Notes: generated by a model from the sequence alone, not told the origin. A stretch of DNA of 64,000 bases from the human T2T-CHM13v2.0 reference genome, Homo sapiens (GCF_009914755.1 NC_060934.1); one strand, 5' to 3'; shown: positions 33,611-49,100, counted from the stretch's first letter. Translations and numbers: made by a program.

Positions 33611-34244
33611 AAAGCAAGTAGTTAGATTTATTCAGGTTGGAATTGTGACAGATATGCACACCAGGAAAATAAAGAGACAAGAGAACTCAATATGGAATTA
33701 GTCATCAAATGCCATCTAGTTGACATTCTTGCCTATTAATCTCTTCCTGCATGTTACTACATAAACTTTCCACACTATGTATTTTTTCATATTGCCTCAT
33801 TTTTGTTCAAAAACAACAATGGCTCTCAGTTGTCAGGGTGAGAGTTTAGAATCCCTAGCTAAAAACCCAAACTCTTAGTTCATCTGGCCTATCTTTTTAA
33901 TCTCTCATTTACTTTAATCTCTCATTAGCTTTCCCGAGAGTCATATTTGCCTTTTTACTGACACTTAAACATGGCTTAAGTATCATCTTCTCTAGACTTT
34001 TAATAAGTAATTGAATATAGTCCCCTTTATGATCCCAGCAAGGAATGAGCCTTATTGTCTATCAGTCATTTGAATCTACTAGGAGGATGGTTCATCCAGC
34101 ACTCTATATCTGATAACATCGGGAGCATCAGTTTCCAGGGAAGTACATTCAGGTAAAGTGAGAATGTTGTGCTGGATGCGAAGTCTCAGATCTCTCAGAT
34201 GAAGTCCCGTTTTGTTCCCCACCCCCACCTGCCGTAATGAATTC

Positions 34245-34405
34245 TTTAACCACCTGATGGGTTCTCCTGCCCACTGCACAAACAAAATTAATTCACATAA
34301 TTGCAGAAAAGAAAGAGTTTAATTGACATGAGGCCGGCCACACCATGGGGGAGAGGGAATTATTATCTCCTCAAAGGCTTCTAGATTAGGGGGTTTTATT
34401 TATAT

Positions 34406-34440
<35 letters not shown>

Positions 34441-35301
34441 TTTTTTGAGACGGAACCTCACTGTGTCGCCCAGGCTGGAGTGCAATGGCGCGCCTCGGCT
34501 CACTGCAACCTCCGCCTCCTGGGTTCAAGCGATTCTTCCTCCCCAACCCCCTGAGTAGCTGGGATTACAGGCACCCGCCATCATGCTGGCTAATTTTTGT
34601 ATGTTTGTAGAGATGGGGTTTCTCTATGTTGACGAGGCTGCTCTTGAACTCCTGACCTCAGGTGGTCCGCCCACCTCGGCCTCCCAAAGTGCTGGGATTA
34701 CAGGTGTGAGACACTGCACCCGGCCTTGGGGTTTTTCAAAGATTGTTTGGGGGAAGTGATGGGAGTGGCTAGACAATGGTTGTTTGTTGCTGATTGGTTG
34801 GGGGTGAAGTCATAGGGTTATGGGAAATGTTCCTCCTGTGTGCTGAATAGTTTCTGGTGGGGCCACAAGAGCAGTTGGTGAGTCCAGGTGAAGCCAGGTG
34901 TCAGACATGCAAAGAACCCGAAAAGACATTTCAAAAGGCCAATCTTAGGTTCAATAATAGTGATGCTGTCCACAGGGGTAATCGGGGAAGTTAGCATACC
35001 TTTTGATCTCTTGAATAATGACTGGCAATCCTTTATGTCTACACCTTAGCAGAATTCAGCCCCCTCTATCTGCCTAGCCTGGTGGTCTCTCATTAGCTTT
35101 ACAAAAGTGGTTGAGTTTTGGGGAAAGGCTGTTATCATTTAACCTATAAATTAAATGCCTCCCAAGGCTAGCTTGGCTTAAGCAGCCAAGGAATAATTAA
35201 AAGCAGTTTGAAGGCTCAAGGCAAGAGGGGAGTTGGCTAGATCAGATCTCCCCCACTGCCATAATTTTCTCACTGTTATAATTTTTGCAAAGGCAGTTTC
35301 A
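34245..35301 (-). mobile_element. LTR8-family (LTR8A/B-like) ERV1 solo LTR, interrupted by an Alu
   Basis: Right end is the reverse complement of tgaaactgcctttgcaaaaattataacagtgagaaaattatggcagtg. Near-TSD attc (34241-34244) and gttc (35302-35305). Confidence 0.85.
34394..34725 (-). mobile_element. AluS with (TTTA)n tail
   Basis: (ttta)n at 34395-34440 followed by a full Alu body; ggggtttt flanks. Confidence 0.93.
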
Positions 35302-35793
35302 GTTCTAGTACTCTATCTGGGATGTACCTTACTTCACTTACAAATAAGCACAGATCATATTTTGTATCTACATAACTAGGCAAGAACCATCCTGAAAGGG
35401 TAACAAATTCTATGAATCCATCCAAATATAAAAATATTCACACGATGTTTCTGTAATTCCACACAGTTAGAAAAAAAATCATATAGGAATCAGGGAGGTG
35501 TATTCTCATTCAATAATAGAAACAAAATGTCTTTATTTTGCTTAAAATTAACAGGAAAAAGCAACAGCATTGCAGTAAAGAAAGAGTTTCATTGACACGA
35601 GGCCAGCCACACTATGTAGAAGAGGGAGTTATTATAGGAATCAACAGAAAAAAGTCCCAGCCCTTCTGTTCACATGCTTTAAAAAAAACTATCATAACAT
35701 CAAAATTGAACTTCTGTCTTCATTAATAATCATAAGCTACCACATATTATGTTGATTAAAAAAAAATTGAAACATCTGCTTGGATTGCCTTAA

Positions 35794-36250
<457 letters not shown>

Positions 36251-36493
36251 TCTATTTGTTATTCTCTAGTAGAGGACTCTGAATTTTGATTTTTTTCTTT
36301 GAACGTTTTTTTTTCTATTGTAGTTTGGAGTTGCTTTTAAGGGGAGTTAACGCATTTGTTGGGCTCTAGGTCACTTTGAGGCAGAGAAAACTTCAATCAG
36401 ACCTCTTAGTTTTCTTAGATATCTGAACTCTTAATCTGGAGCATGCATTTTGTAATTTAAATAAAACTTTTCCCTTTATTTTCTTCAAAATTA

Positions 36494-36809
36494 TCTTTCT
36501 TTCTTTCTTTCTTTCTCTCTCTCTCTCTCTCTTTTTTTTTTTTTTAAAAGCAGGGTCTCATTGTGTCACCCAGGCTGGGGCGCAGTGGCATGATCTCAGT
36601 TCACTACAATCTCGGGCTCAAGCTATCCTGTCACCTCAGCTTTGCTAGTAGCTGGGACAACAGGTGTGCACCACCACACCTGGCTATTTTTTGTACTTTT
36701 TGTAGAGATGGGGGTTTCACCATGTTGCCCAGGCTGGTCTCAACTCCTGGGATCCAGCCTCAGCCTCCTAAACTGTTGGGATTATAGGCGCGAGCCACTA
36801 CACCTGGCC
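36494..36809 (-). mobile_element. AluJ with (TTTC)n(TC)n tail
   Basis: cagggtctca, gggctcaagctatcct (J diagnostics). TSD caaaatta at 36486-36493 and 36810-36817. Confidence 0.88.
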
Positions 36810-37088
36810 CAAAATTAGTTTCATTTGAGTTTACATGGGGTGGTTGAAAGTTTTGGGGAGTTTTTTGTTTGTTTTTGGAATCAGTTTCAGACTATGCACT
36901 TTTTGGTACTGACACTTTTACACACAACAAGATCATTCATGCAAAAATGAAGAAATAGAAAAATGAAACTCTTGCTTTTTTCTCATCTTTCTCTGGCTTT
37001 TCTTCTCTTATGGCCATTTTCTCCCTCTTTCTTTTTTACTGTCTGAAACTCTTTTCATAGACTTGAACACTGCTTAGAATTATAGAAC

Positions 37089-38197
37089 TATTAGCAGGGG
37101 CAAATTGTATGCATCTGCAATACTACCTCAATTCTTGATCCTCAGAAGAAAGAATTTGACCAAGGGGGTGTAAGGCAGAGTGAGAGACTGAGGCAGGTTT
37201 TAGAGCAGGAATGAAAGTTTATTAAAAAGTTTTAGAGCAAGAATGAAAGGAAGTAAAGCACACTTGGAAGGGGGCCAAGTGGGCAACTTGAGAGTCAAGT
37301 GCACTGTTTGACGTTTGTCTTGGGTTTTGTATGTTGCATGATTTGGTGGGTTGCCTTACTTCTCCATTGATTCTCCCTTTGGAGCGGGCTGCCCACATGC
37401 ACAGTGGCCTGCCAGCGTTTGGAAGGGGCCACATGCACGGTGTGTTTACTGAAGTTGTACACATGCTCACTTGAGGTCTTTTTCCCTTACCAGCCAAGTG
37501 TTCTAAGAGGAAGGACATATACCAGTTAAACTCCGCCATTTTGCCTCTTAGTGCTCATGCTTGAGCCCACACACATAACTCCTGAGATCTTATCAGGAAG
37601 CGGCTGATCACCACTTCAGGTGTTTCCTATCTATTGGGAGACTGCTTTTCCCTGGTCACTCACATCCGTGTGAAGAGACCACCAAACAGGCTTTGTGTGA
37701 GCAACAAGGCTGTTTATTTCACCTGGGTGCAGGCGGGTTGAGTCCGAAAAAGAGAGTCAGCGAAGGGAGATAGGGGTGGGACCGTTTTATAAGATTTGGG
37801 TAGGTAAAGGAAAATTACAGTCAAAGGGGGTTGTTCTCTGGCCGGCAGGGGTGGGGGTCACAAGATGCTCAGTAGGGGAGCTTTTTGAGCCAGGATGAGC
37901 CAGGAAAAGGAATTTCACAAGGTAATGTCATCAGTTAAGGCAGGAACAGACCATTTTCACTTCTTTTGTCATTCTTCAGTTACTTCAGGCCATCTGGATG
38001 TATATGTGCAGGTCACAGGGGATATGATAGCTTAGCTTGGGCTCAGAGGCCTGACACCTGGCACTGGCTTAAACCAATTGTTATTTTAGAAAGACAGTGT
38101 GACAACTGCCTGACCATCACCCGACGGTCGCCTGACATTCTTAGATTGGGGGCCCCTCTCCTGCTTTCCTCACGCCTGCCTGACTACCTACTCCAAC
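37089..38197 (-). mobile_element. MER50 (ERV1) solo LTR, interrupted by LTR7
   Basis: Reverse complement matches MER50: gagtaggtagtcaggcagg...gaatgtcaggcgacc...aagaggcaaaatggcggagtttaactggtatatg. Confidence 0.88.
37656..38056 (-). mobile_element. HERV-H solo LTR (LTR7 family)
   Basis: Reverse complement begins tgtcaggcctctgagcccaagctaagc...ccagatggcctgaagtaactgaagaa. TATA box at 37785-37791, AATAAA at 37713-37718. 5-bp TSD cctgg at 37651-37655 and 38057-38061. Confidence 0.95.
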
Positions 38198-38909
38198 AGA
38201 GCAACAGCGGACATTACCAGAGTTTTTTTTTGCCTAAGAGATCACTCTGCCTCCAGGACTGTGGGTTCTGATGCCTACTGCATTTTATGGAGCTCCTTTC
38301 CTCAGAAGAGTGTTGACAGGATAAAAACAAATCCTGGGATCATGTCTTCCTTGATATTTCTGAGCACCGTGTATACATATGTATGTAATGATGGACTCAC
38401 AAATATGCCACTCTTATACTCAATATTTGAGGTGGACAATCTGACATTGGAAATGTAGACATTGTTGTTAGACCTGGATTTCAATTTTTATGCTTTGTTT
38501 TGTGATGTTGACTGGGCTGTATTAAATGTCTTGAGTTTTAGTTTCATGATCTACAAAAGTAGAGTTATAATTTGAAGGAGAACTGAAAGGACTTGATGAG
38601 ATGACCATTGTGCTGTCTTGTACATAGTAGATGCTCAGGAAGTGTTGGATCTTTTCTTCTCACTCCGTCTGACTCTGGACTGTTGTATAGTCATAGTCAA
38701 AAACTTTGTAGCCAAGGTCTATTATAAAACTAGCATATTCATCATAATTATGGCATTTCATAGCAGGTGGTATGTCACGTTCAATGCTCAGCTAAGTAAT
38801 TGTTTAAATTCCATACAAAAAACAAGTATTTTTCTTACTCTAGTGAAAAGAAAAATCTTGCATTTACAAAATCACTTGAAATAAGAATTTCTGGTATCTA
38901 AATAAAGGA

Positions 38910-39330
38910 ATATAATAATATAATAGTTAATATTTACATAGCATTTTCTGTGCCAGGAACTGTTCTAAGTCTTTACATATATTAGCTCATTTAAGTCTCA
39001 TGATGACTGGCTGCATAATTAGTGAGGTCAGTCCAGTGAAAAATAATGCAAAGCTGCTTGTTCAAAAATTATTAAGAATTTTAACATGGTGATGCCAGAG
39101 CATTAAACTAAGAGTGGGGCCTTTCTGATTACAGGGCAGTGTACAAATACCCAAGTGACATATCTCAATCTTCATATCAACTCTATGAGATAAACACCAT
39201 TATTAATTGCAGACAAAATAATTACGAAGTGGGGAAAAGCTAACTCACACAAGGCTACAGGGACAGGAAGGTTTGGAGCTGGGATTCTACCCAGGTAATT
39301 AGTGTTCAGAGTCTATGTTCTTACCTACTG
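38910..39330 (-). mobile_element. MIR interrupted by MER45A
   Basis: tgtgccaggaactgttctaag...ctcatttaa; caactctatgagataaacaccattatta...ggagctgggattc. Confidence 0.7.
39003..39168 (-). mobile_element. MER45A (hAT-Tip100) MITE
   Basis: cttgttcaaaaattattaagaattt...cagagcattaaactaag..ggggcctttctga matches the MER45A reverse complement. Confidence 0.8.
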
Positions 39331-39549
39331 GAAAAAAAAAAGAAAAAAGTCTTTTGTTTATGTACTAACCTTTATTTTATAAATTGCACTATGTATTTTA
39401 TTTCAGAGCTATGATATCAAAATATCTATTTTGATATGATCATATAGTATACCATATTCATCTATATCAATGCCATGGTTTGTACAAATAGAAAAAGATC
39501 TGATGGGAAGCATTATCCATGTAGCTAGTTACACCAAAACTAATATGAA

Positions 39550-39770
39550 TTTTACCAATCACCAAACACTATTCTAAGCCCTTTACTTATATTAACATCA
39601 TATAACTGTTAATACCACCCTATGAAATAGGTACTATTGTTGCAATCATAGTATTTTAGATGAGGACATTGAGGAATGGAAGACATATATCTTGAGCAAT
39701 GCCTCACATCTAATAACTGCTAAGGTGAAATTTGAACCCCAACAGGCTGGTTGGGGTCTTCAAGGTACTT
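39550..39770 (-). mobile_element. MIR
   Basis: ccctatgaaataggtactatt...ttttagatgaggacattgagg...aatttgaacccc. Confidence 0.7.
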
Positions 39771-40639
39771 TATGTTAGTCTCTTGACTGTGATGAATGAA
39801 ATGTGCCATTGTTTTAATTTTATCCACTGCTAAATCACCAATAATCAGCAGAATGCCTGACACATTAAATAACCAATCAATGTTTGATGAAGTAATGAAT
39901 GCACTGAGTCCTTTGAAAATTAAAATTTTAATCATGCAAGTAATACATGGACACATGCTTCTTCTAAAATGCTAATAAAATAGTCTAAAGAAATCAAACC
40001 ATAAATGTCTTACCAGACCACTCTCCCGCCCTTGTCATGATTTTAATCTTTATTCTCTGGACTTTTCCAGGAAGGACCAAGATTTCCAGGAGTGTTCTGT
40101 GTTTATGAATCGCTGTTGATCATGCTATGAGCCGACAGGGTTGACGTTTGCTCTGCATACTCAATGCAGCTCAATATGATCCTGAATATGGTGAAGCTTT
40201 CTTCAGAGCCATTTCTTTTGCTGCAGACACATAATAAATGCCCTAGTTTCACTAGGCAGTTTCAGTGGAATTCAATTTGAAAGCTAAAAATGATGCAGAT
40301 AATTATAAGCAGCTTCAATTCCAGTTACTGTCCAATCCCTGCCTGAAAGCTCCTTGCCAAGGGATGTTAGCCACATGATCCTGTGGCTGCTCAAGGTTAA
40401 GCTGTTCTGGGCAAGAGTTTAAATGTGCTGCCACAGGGCAGGTTTACTTCTTTCTAAACAACTCAGGCTGTTTTCTCTAGAGCCTTGAAGCCCAGGGTCT
40501 AGACCAGACATTACAGGATTTTATGTCAAAGAAGAGTATAATATTAAAACATAATTGGGGCATCGCTCATGGTTGTTAAGACTGACTTGTGATAAAAAAT
40601 CATGTGAGGAAAAAAAACTGCCTTTTGGGTAAGCTTTAG

Positions 40640-40860
40640 AAGGTGGCAATTAAGGAACTTGAGTTTTGGAGCAAAATTGCCTTATTTGAAATCTACCACT
40701 GCCACTGTTGACTGAACAATTGACTGATTCTGTACAATTTACTATATTTTCTGAAACTCAGTTTCCTCATTTGTAAACTGGAGATAATAATTGACTTACC
40801 TCATAAAACTGTGGTAATGTCAATTGAAACAATTAATGTGAAATACCTAATATGCTGAGA
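40640..40860 (+). mobile_element. MIR
   Basis: ctcagtttcctcatttgtaaactggagataataat core. Confidence 0.75.
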
Positions 40861-41798
40861 TTCTCAATAAATATTAGATTTTATAAGCTTCATAAAATTA
40901 AAAAGTGCAGGAGAAACAATTTCAGAATAACTCAGTCCAGTTGGAAATATTATGCCAATATTTTTGCTGAAAGCTGGTGAAATCTTCAGCAGGGACTGGC
41001 AGAAACACCAGTGCTTTACTAGGCTTTTCTTGGGCATAATATTCTCCTGAAGTAAATAAATTGACAAATAAATCAATACATTGACAAATGTCATTTGTCA
41101 GTAAAAGTGACACCTTCTAAAATGAAGGAGTTACTCTTTTGGTTTCATTGCTATTTAATGGTATGTTCAGAAGTGAACTGACTTATTAACTAATGTGATC
41201 TGAGTGACTGTGATGGACATTCTCCTCCAAAGCTGATAGAGTGCCTACAACACTTCCTGCTCTGTAATAGGCACAACATAAATATATAGTGATTTGCAAG
41301 CCACCTTTTGGAGGAGAACACTTCCCATTGTTTTTATATCTTCTAATACACCAGTGCTTGGTAAGGTCCTCACAAGAGAATGCTGATACCTGCATTTCTC
41401 TTTCCCTGGTTTCCTGCACAGGCTATGGTGGGCGTAAGCTCAGTTCTCAACAACCGCCTGCTGAATAGAACACTGGGCAAGGGAACAAGGGGTTTTAAAG
41501 GCACTGATAGCTCTCAAGAGGCTGCTCTGTCTGCCAAGAGATGAGAGCCATAGATTCAGAAGAAAATTTGGAGAATAAAAGGTTCAGAAAGGTGACTAGA
41601 GTAGGAGGAGGAAAACAAAGAGACTTTAAAGCGCTCTTCTCTTGAAGCACCATGTCCTCTCACTATTTATTGTTTATCAGGTACCCTTAGACTGGATACT
41701 AAGCAAGGCTCGTCACCACAAACCTTGTCACATGCACATTGTCCCTTCCTACTCTTTAGAGCTACCATTGTGTTTGTGAATATCACACACTGTTCACT

Positions 41799-41867
41799 TA
41801 GATATAGATAGATAGATGAAAGATAAGATAGATGGATAGATAGATGATAGGTAGATAGTAGATAGAC

Positions 41868-41918
<51 letters not shown>

Positions 41919-41920
41919 TA
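41799..41920. repeat. Compound (AGAT)n tetranucleotide STR with a pure (AGAT)11 at 41868-41911
   Basis: Read directly from the sequence. Confidence 0.95.
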
Positions 41921-42419
41921 GGAGATAGAAAATGTCTTTGTATTTATCTGGTGATGGGAAATCTTGAAGTTTGGAGTCAACCTGATTTAGTTAGGGTAAA
42001 TAATAGTGCTTGCTCTAACAAGTTGAGTGACCTTGTACAGTTTAGTGGAAATGACTCCTTTATGGGCAACAACTGCTGAATAGTTGATTAATTATTTTTA
42101 AAATTATGTTTAAGAGAAAAGTATTCTGAAGATCCGAACATCTCTTAAATATGTTATGTTTGCAAACATAGGAATTTATTCACCAGTCCTTTGATGGAGA
42201 CTTAAAGCTTTTCTTGAGTATTGGTGTACTGTTTAAATTTCTTACAAAACTCACTCCCATATATAATCTATACATGTAATCTATGATTTCTAGCTTCAGT
42301 TTCTTTAAATAGGACAAAAACTAAAACTCTTTGCAAATTATGCTGTGGGGAAAATTTGACAGATGTTTACCACACACCCTCTCCCAAACAGATTTGTGAA
42401 AATACAGACCATGTCTTAA

Positions 42420-42725
42420 TTTTTTTTTTTTTTTTTTTTTTTTTTCTGAGACAGAGTCTCACTCTGTCGCCCAGGCTGGAGTGCAGTGGCACGATCTCAG
42501 CTCACTGCAATCTCTGCCTTCCGGGTTCACGCCATTCTCCTGCCTTAGCCTCCTGAACAGCTGAGACTACAGGTGCCCACCACCACGCCCGGCTAATTTT
42601 TTGTATTTTTAGTAGAGACGGGGTTTCACCATGTTAGCCAGGATGGTCTCGATCTGACCTCGTGATCCACCCGCCTCGGCCTCCCAAAGTGCTGGGATTA
42701 CAGGCGTGAGCCACTGTGCCCGGCC
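42420..42725 (-). mobile_element. AluY-like
   Basis: ggttcacgccattctcc, gttagccaggatggtctcgatc, acctcgtgatcc. TSD catgtYttaattt at 42410-42422 and 42727-42739. Confidence 0.93.
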
Positions 42726-44924
42726 TCATGTTTTAATTTTGTATTTCTCCCTCCCTCCCTTTATCTTTCCTTTCTTCCTTCCTCCCTCCCTTCCTCTCTT
42801 TTTCTTCCTCTATCTCTTCCTCTCTCCCCTTGATCACAGTATATACTGTAGAACCTTGTATATAGTAGCATCATGAAATAAAGGAATTAAATTAATAATG
42901 GGTAACTTGCCTACTGTAACACCTAACAAACATATAATATTCAATAAAAATGCTGTTACCATTATTGTTGTCATTATATGTATATATGTTTATCATTATG
43001 TTTCTACAGAAGCAAAGTAAATTGGTGTCTTTAAGATAATATTAAAGAAATGGCTAAGGAAGCTTACATGAGATTTTCAGCAAAGTTCCAAGAATTGAAA
43101 AACTATAAGTAGCAGATGCAACCTAGAATTCCACTTACCTTATAGTGATAAAAGACACTACATTAGTTTAAGTTTACTAGCCCATCCTGTTGAAATATGT
43201 GTGCTCATATATTTTAGTAATACTTGTATTTTTGTGGTGAAATGGTTATGCTTCCAAAAATAACAAATTCCAGTGATTTTAGTTCAAAACAGTTAAGAGC
43301 TAGAGCTAGAAAACAACTTTCTTACTTGCATTATTTTTCTTTACATTTTCCTAAACTATACGCAGGCAAAAAAATGTTGTGGAAGTGCTGTTTTATGGAA
43401 AAAAGCCCTGAGGTGCTATTTGCCTGCATGCTACTGAACTGAGTTTACATCTTTGCAAACAGGAGGCTTCCCGGAATGTGCTGTGTGTATATATTCAGAG
43501 CGCCCGTGTTCACTGTTTTAAGTATTGGGTTAGAGATCTCACTAAACAATAAAGTAGCATTAGCTCCCCGTAGACAGGTAATCCTATTATCTTTAGATAC
43601 AAGGATACATTTTAATAATACAGATACGGAGATTAAAGCAGGAGGATTGAGAAAGCATCCCATTCCCTCAGGGATAATGGGTAATGTAATCATGCTCTTG
43701 CACTAAGCAAATAAATTAGAAGTCTTGATTGCATCACAATGGAAGAGATTCATACTTCCATTTCTTTCAAAAGTGATGGCAGTCTGCTTCCAAACTAAGG
43801 CCATTTAACATGTCTTTATACATTTTTTCCTAGTTTTTGAAAAATATTTTAAATTGAACCCAAAGGCAAATACGTATAATGCTAGTTGATGCTTTGGGGG
43901 ATATATCTTTCTATAGAAACCTTCCCTTCCAATGCCATTGAAAACCAAATTTCAAAATTGAGCACTAGAAGTAAGCCAAAAATCAATTACCATTGATGGA
44001 ACAAAAAAAAACAGTACATTTTTGTCAATATTACTGCTTTCTTTTTTTCTTTTCTAGCTTTGAAAATTAACCCCCATTATGTATGACAATCTCTAAACTA
44101 AAGAAACAGTAAAACTCTTGAATATATTCTTTGTACAGCCTTTAAGTAATTAATGGAGTACAACACAGTGGTCTCGATAAAAGTTCCAGAAGAACTCAGG
44201 AGGGCAAGAGATGCTGTAGAAAGGAGAGAGGATCAAAGCTGTGTCTTGCAAAACAGAAAAGATTGGGGCATGAAAAAGGTGTGGAGCAAGCAAAGGTACA
44301 AAAAATTGTTCCAGAAAAAAAACTGACTAAATAGGAATGTAGGAAGTATCAAGGGAAGATAATTTGGGCAGATTCTGAAGAACCTTTAGTGCCTTGATAA
44401 GGAATTAGACTTTAGGATATCTGGAGTATCTCTCAGCAGGGAAAAATCTTGATAGCAATGGGTTTGAGAACATGAATATGGGAAGGGAGGGTAAGGCAAG
44501 TCATCTACGAAGTAAGAAGGCCTTAGTTTTGAATATTAAATGATAAATAAGAAAAAATATGAAAAATGAACAAGCAAGACTATGTAGATGGCCGAATAGA
44601 CAGAGGCCCCCCCCAAAACTTAACCACACCCTCATCTCCAAGAGCCCAGGTGTTTTTTCCTATTTATCATCTCAGCTGCTCAATGGCTCATGCAATTTTA
44701 AAGCAAGAAGAAATAATGAAATAATGATGAAGCAGATGCACTGTGTAAGTGCACACAGGGATGAATAAATTATACAAAATGCACTGCAGTTGGAAGGAAG
44801 GAAAGGAATTACTGAAAGAAAGTAGCTTCATGGTTTTCTCATTGAGATCAAACTCAGTCCTGCTCAGTAAAAACGAACTAAGTACTCTTGGTCTGGAGGC
44901 CTGACCAGGACCTTAGGAACTTGT

Positions 44925-46166
<1,242 letters not shown>

Positions 46167-49100
46167 TATTTGATGCAACACAGTCATCTCAGGAATTAAA
46201 GTGGCTGTGTCTAAGTCCCAGTAGCCCTCCGTTTTGACTTATTTCCTTTTCCTCAAAAATTAGATGCCCTTTCAACCTGGTTTGACAAAAATCACTGAAA
46301 TTGATCAATGCATATAGGTTTTGGGTCTATGAAAAAATGCATATTTTAGCTCTGAAGAGAACGATAACAGAACTTGACTGGGAGTTGTAAATGTCAGTGA
46401 ATAACGGGTTATGGGACATGAAGCATATTTTCAGATTTCTCAGAGAACCATACTTGGGTCCAAATGACTTCATGTTAAAGAAACGGAATAAAATCAACTC
46501 AGCATTCCTGCTGACCAGCTTTCTATCTCAGTAAGTAAGTCATCATGCCCTCCGGAGCAACCATCTTAGGTCAATCAAAACATTTGGCCTCATTAACCAC
46601 TTTGGATTTATCTTAGGACTTTCTTATTTATAGTCTTCCCAAGGCATAATGGGCTTCAAAATGTACTTTTCCCTGGTTCATGTTGAGTTGAACCAAGTTC
46701 TGTGCTTTTACTCAGCAGGCAGTCATTTGACTGTCAGCTTTTATATTTTTCTCTATGATCAAGGAGTTCATACGGCTGCTCCTAGGTGCCTAATTAACAT
46801 TCCTCCATCACTGCATCCCTGCTTGTAATTATTCTTCATGCCACCTTTGTTTCCTCAACCATCAGGAATATATCAATAGGTCAAATCGTTTTAGTACTTC
46901 TGACTTAGCTCTTCTTTAAGCTTCATAATTATTAGATATAAACTGCAGATAATACAGATCTCTTATTTCAGCAGATTCTGTGATTCTGCTTTTTGTTTGT
47001 TTGTTTTTGTCAGGAGAGAAATTGGACTAAATTCTGAAGAGTGGCCATGGTTTGGGAAGATAGAAGAGGGTGCTGCATATAGGGATATTAGGAGCAGAGC
47101 TAAAAGGCAGGAATCAAGTTGCATGTTGGTGAAGATATGTGATGTGTTCGGTGTAGAGAGGTACACCCTTGAATTTGAAATGTAATATGGTGGGGGGAGG
47201 GGTGGAATAATATAAACCTTAGAATAAGAGTAGGTCTAGGAAGCTGGTCCCCACATCTTCAACTCACCTTACAGCCACCCAGCAGGCAGACTTATCTCCC
47301 AAATCTGGTCCTTTTACTCTCTTACTCTGGTTCTTTCAATGAGACTCCAGTGCCTTCAGCTAAATTTCAAATGATTTCTCCTGCCATTCTAGACATTGCA
47401 GGTCCCAGCACACATGAGTTTCCTAAACTAATCTTCAGTCCTTGCTCTCCTGCCAGGCACCTCACATTTCAGCCACATTCAGTACATCCTTGAACTCACC
47501 ATGAACACTCATTTCCACATTACCACCCATGTGCTCACCTGCTCTTATCTTCCACCTCCAGTGCACTTATAAACTCCTACACAGTATATAAGATACAGGT
47601 AAAATATAAGTCATTGTTTGTATCATTCCTCAGTCATAGCTATTTACTTCACTACATGTACATCCGATACCCTTGAACATATCTGTATTACACCATTTAC
47701 CACAACGTATTATATTTATGTACTTACATGTCTAATCTGCCACCTAGACTTGAGCTCAGCGTTTTTATTTATCCATGTTCCCCTTAAAGATTCTCATATG
47801 CCTGATAGATGGCAGGTACCTAATCGATGTTTGTTAAAGTGTTTTGGATGGAGAATCACTACCATGTTCTTTCCTAAAAAATCCCAGGAATTGGTGGTAT
47901 AACATGACTGGTCATTGTTAATTAATGTTTTCTACTAGAGATTGTTCTTAGTCAGTCTTCATGATTTTTTTTGGTTAACAAATATTTTTGGGATTTTAAT
48001 GGCCAAAATTATTTCTAAAAAATTGCTTCTGTGGTTGTTGGTCATTCACTTAGAAAGGATTTACTGAACACTTCCAATTAATGAGCTAATTTCAGTTTTC
48101 TGAATCACAACAATATTTATTTCCCAAGAAGTAAACAAATTTCTGCATATAAATTAGAATTTTATTAGGTAGCAGTTTTATAAATCATGTAGTTTAGAAT
48201 GGCATTCTCCTAGAACAAATCCATAGGTCTTTTTTAGAAAAAAAAAAAAGAAAAGAAAAGAAAATGTCGCCTCAATAATTTTAGATGTAATTTCCATACA
48301 CATTTTATTGTTGTGTATTATAGGTTGATTACTGCTCCTGATAGATTTTTAAGTTGCTTAAGCATATAAAAGCCCCAATATAATTTTCCACAGATAGATG
48401 GAGAGAAAGAACTTTTTAAACGCAACTCTATAATTTGTATATCTGAATCCTGATCTTTTAAAGCTTTCTTAGTGTTTTCCTTAGCAGAAAAAATGTTTAT
48501 CATTAGAACTGTTAAGGAGGAATCATATCTCCTTTTATAAAGTGCTTTATTTTTCAAAGTAAAGGAAATGCGAGATGGCACCTTATAAAATTGCTGATCA
48601 AAAATGGTCAAATGTTGGCAGTTTCATGTGGTTCACCCTAATACTTACAGCTTGATTTTTTGAGAGGAAAAAGGATTGAAGGACGTAAAAATGTTATCTT
48701 CCAGTAATCTCAAAAGATACCTGAGAGAGAACTATACAGTGAATGCTGATGTACTGATTATGAAATGTATTTTCATAAAAATGACTGTAACCTGGTTAAA
48801 CAAGGCATTTTTCTCCTGGATTCTGCACACACTAGTAGAATAAATTCAGTTGGTTTCCATTCCTCTGTCAGTTAATGCACGTAAGTCTCACCCATTTGTA
48901 ATGTCTAGAAATCTTAAAAAGCATCAGAATTACCATTAATGATGATGATCACAGTCTGCTAGATGCCCAGGAATGACTAAAGCCTACTACTAAAGCCCCA
49001 GTAGCAGTCAATATAGGTTATGCTTCAATAACAAACAAGTACACCAAATCCTTATAGCATAACACAATGTTTATGTTTAAAATTGTGATATGAGTTGAAT

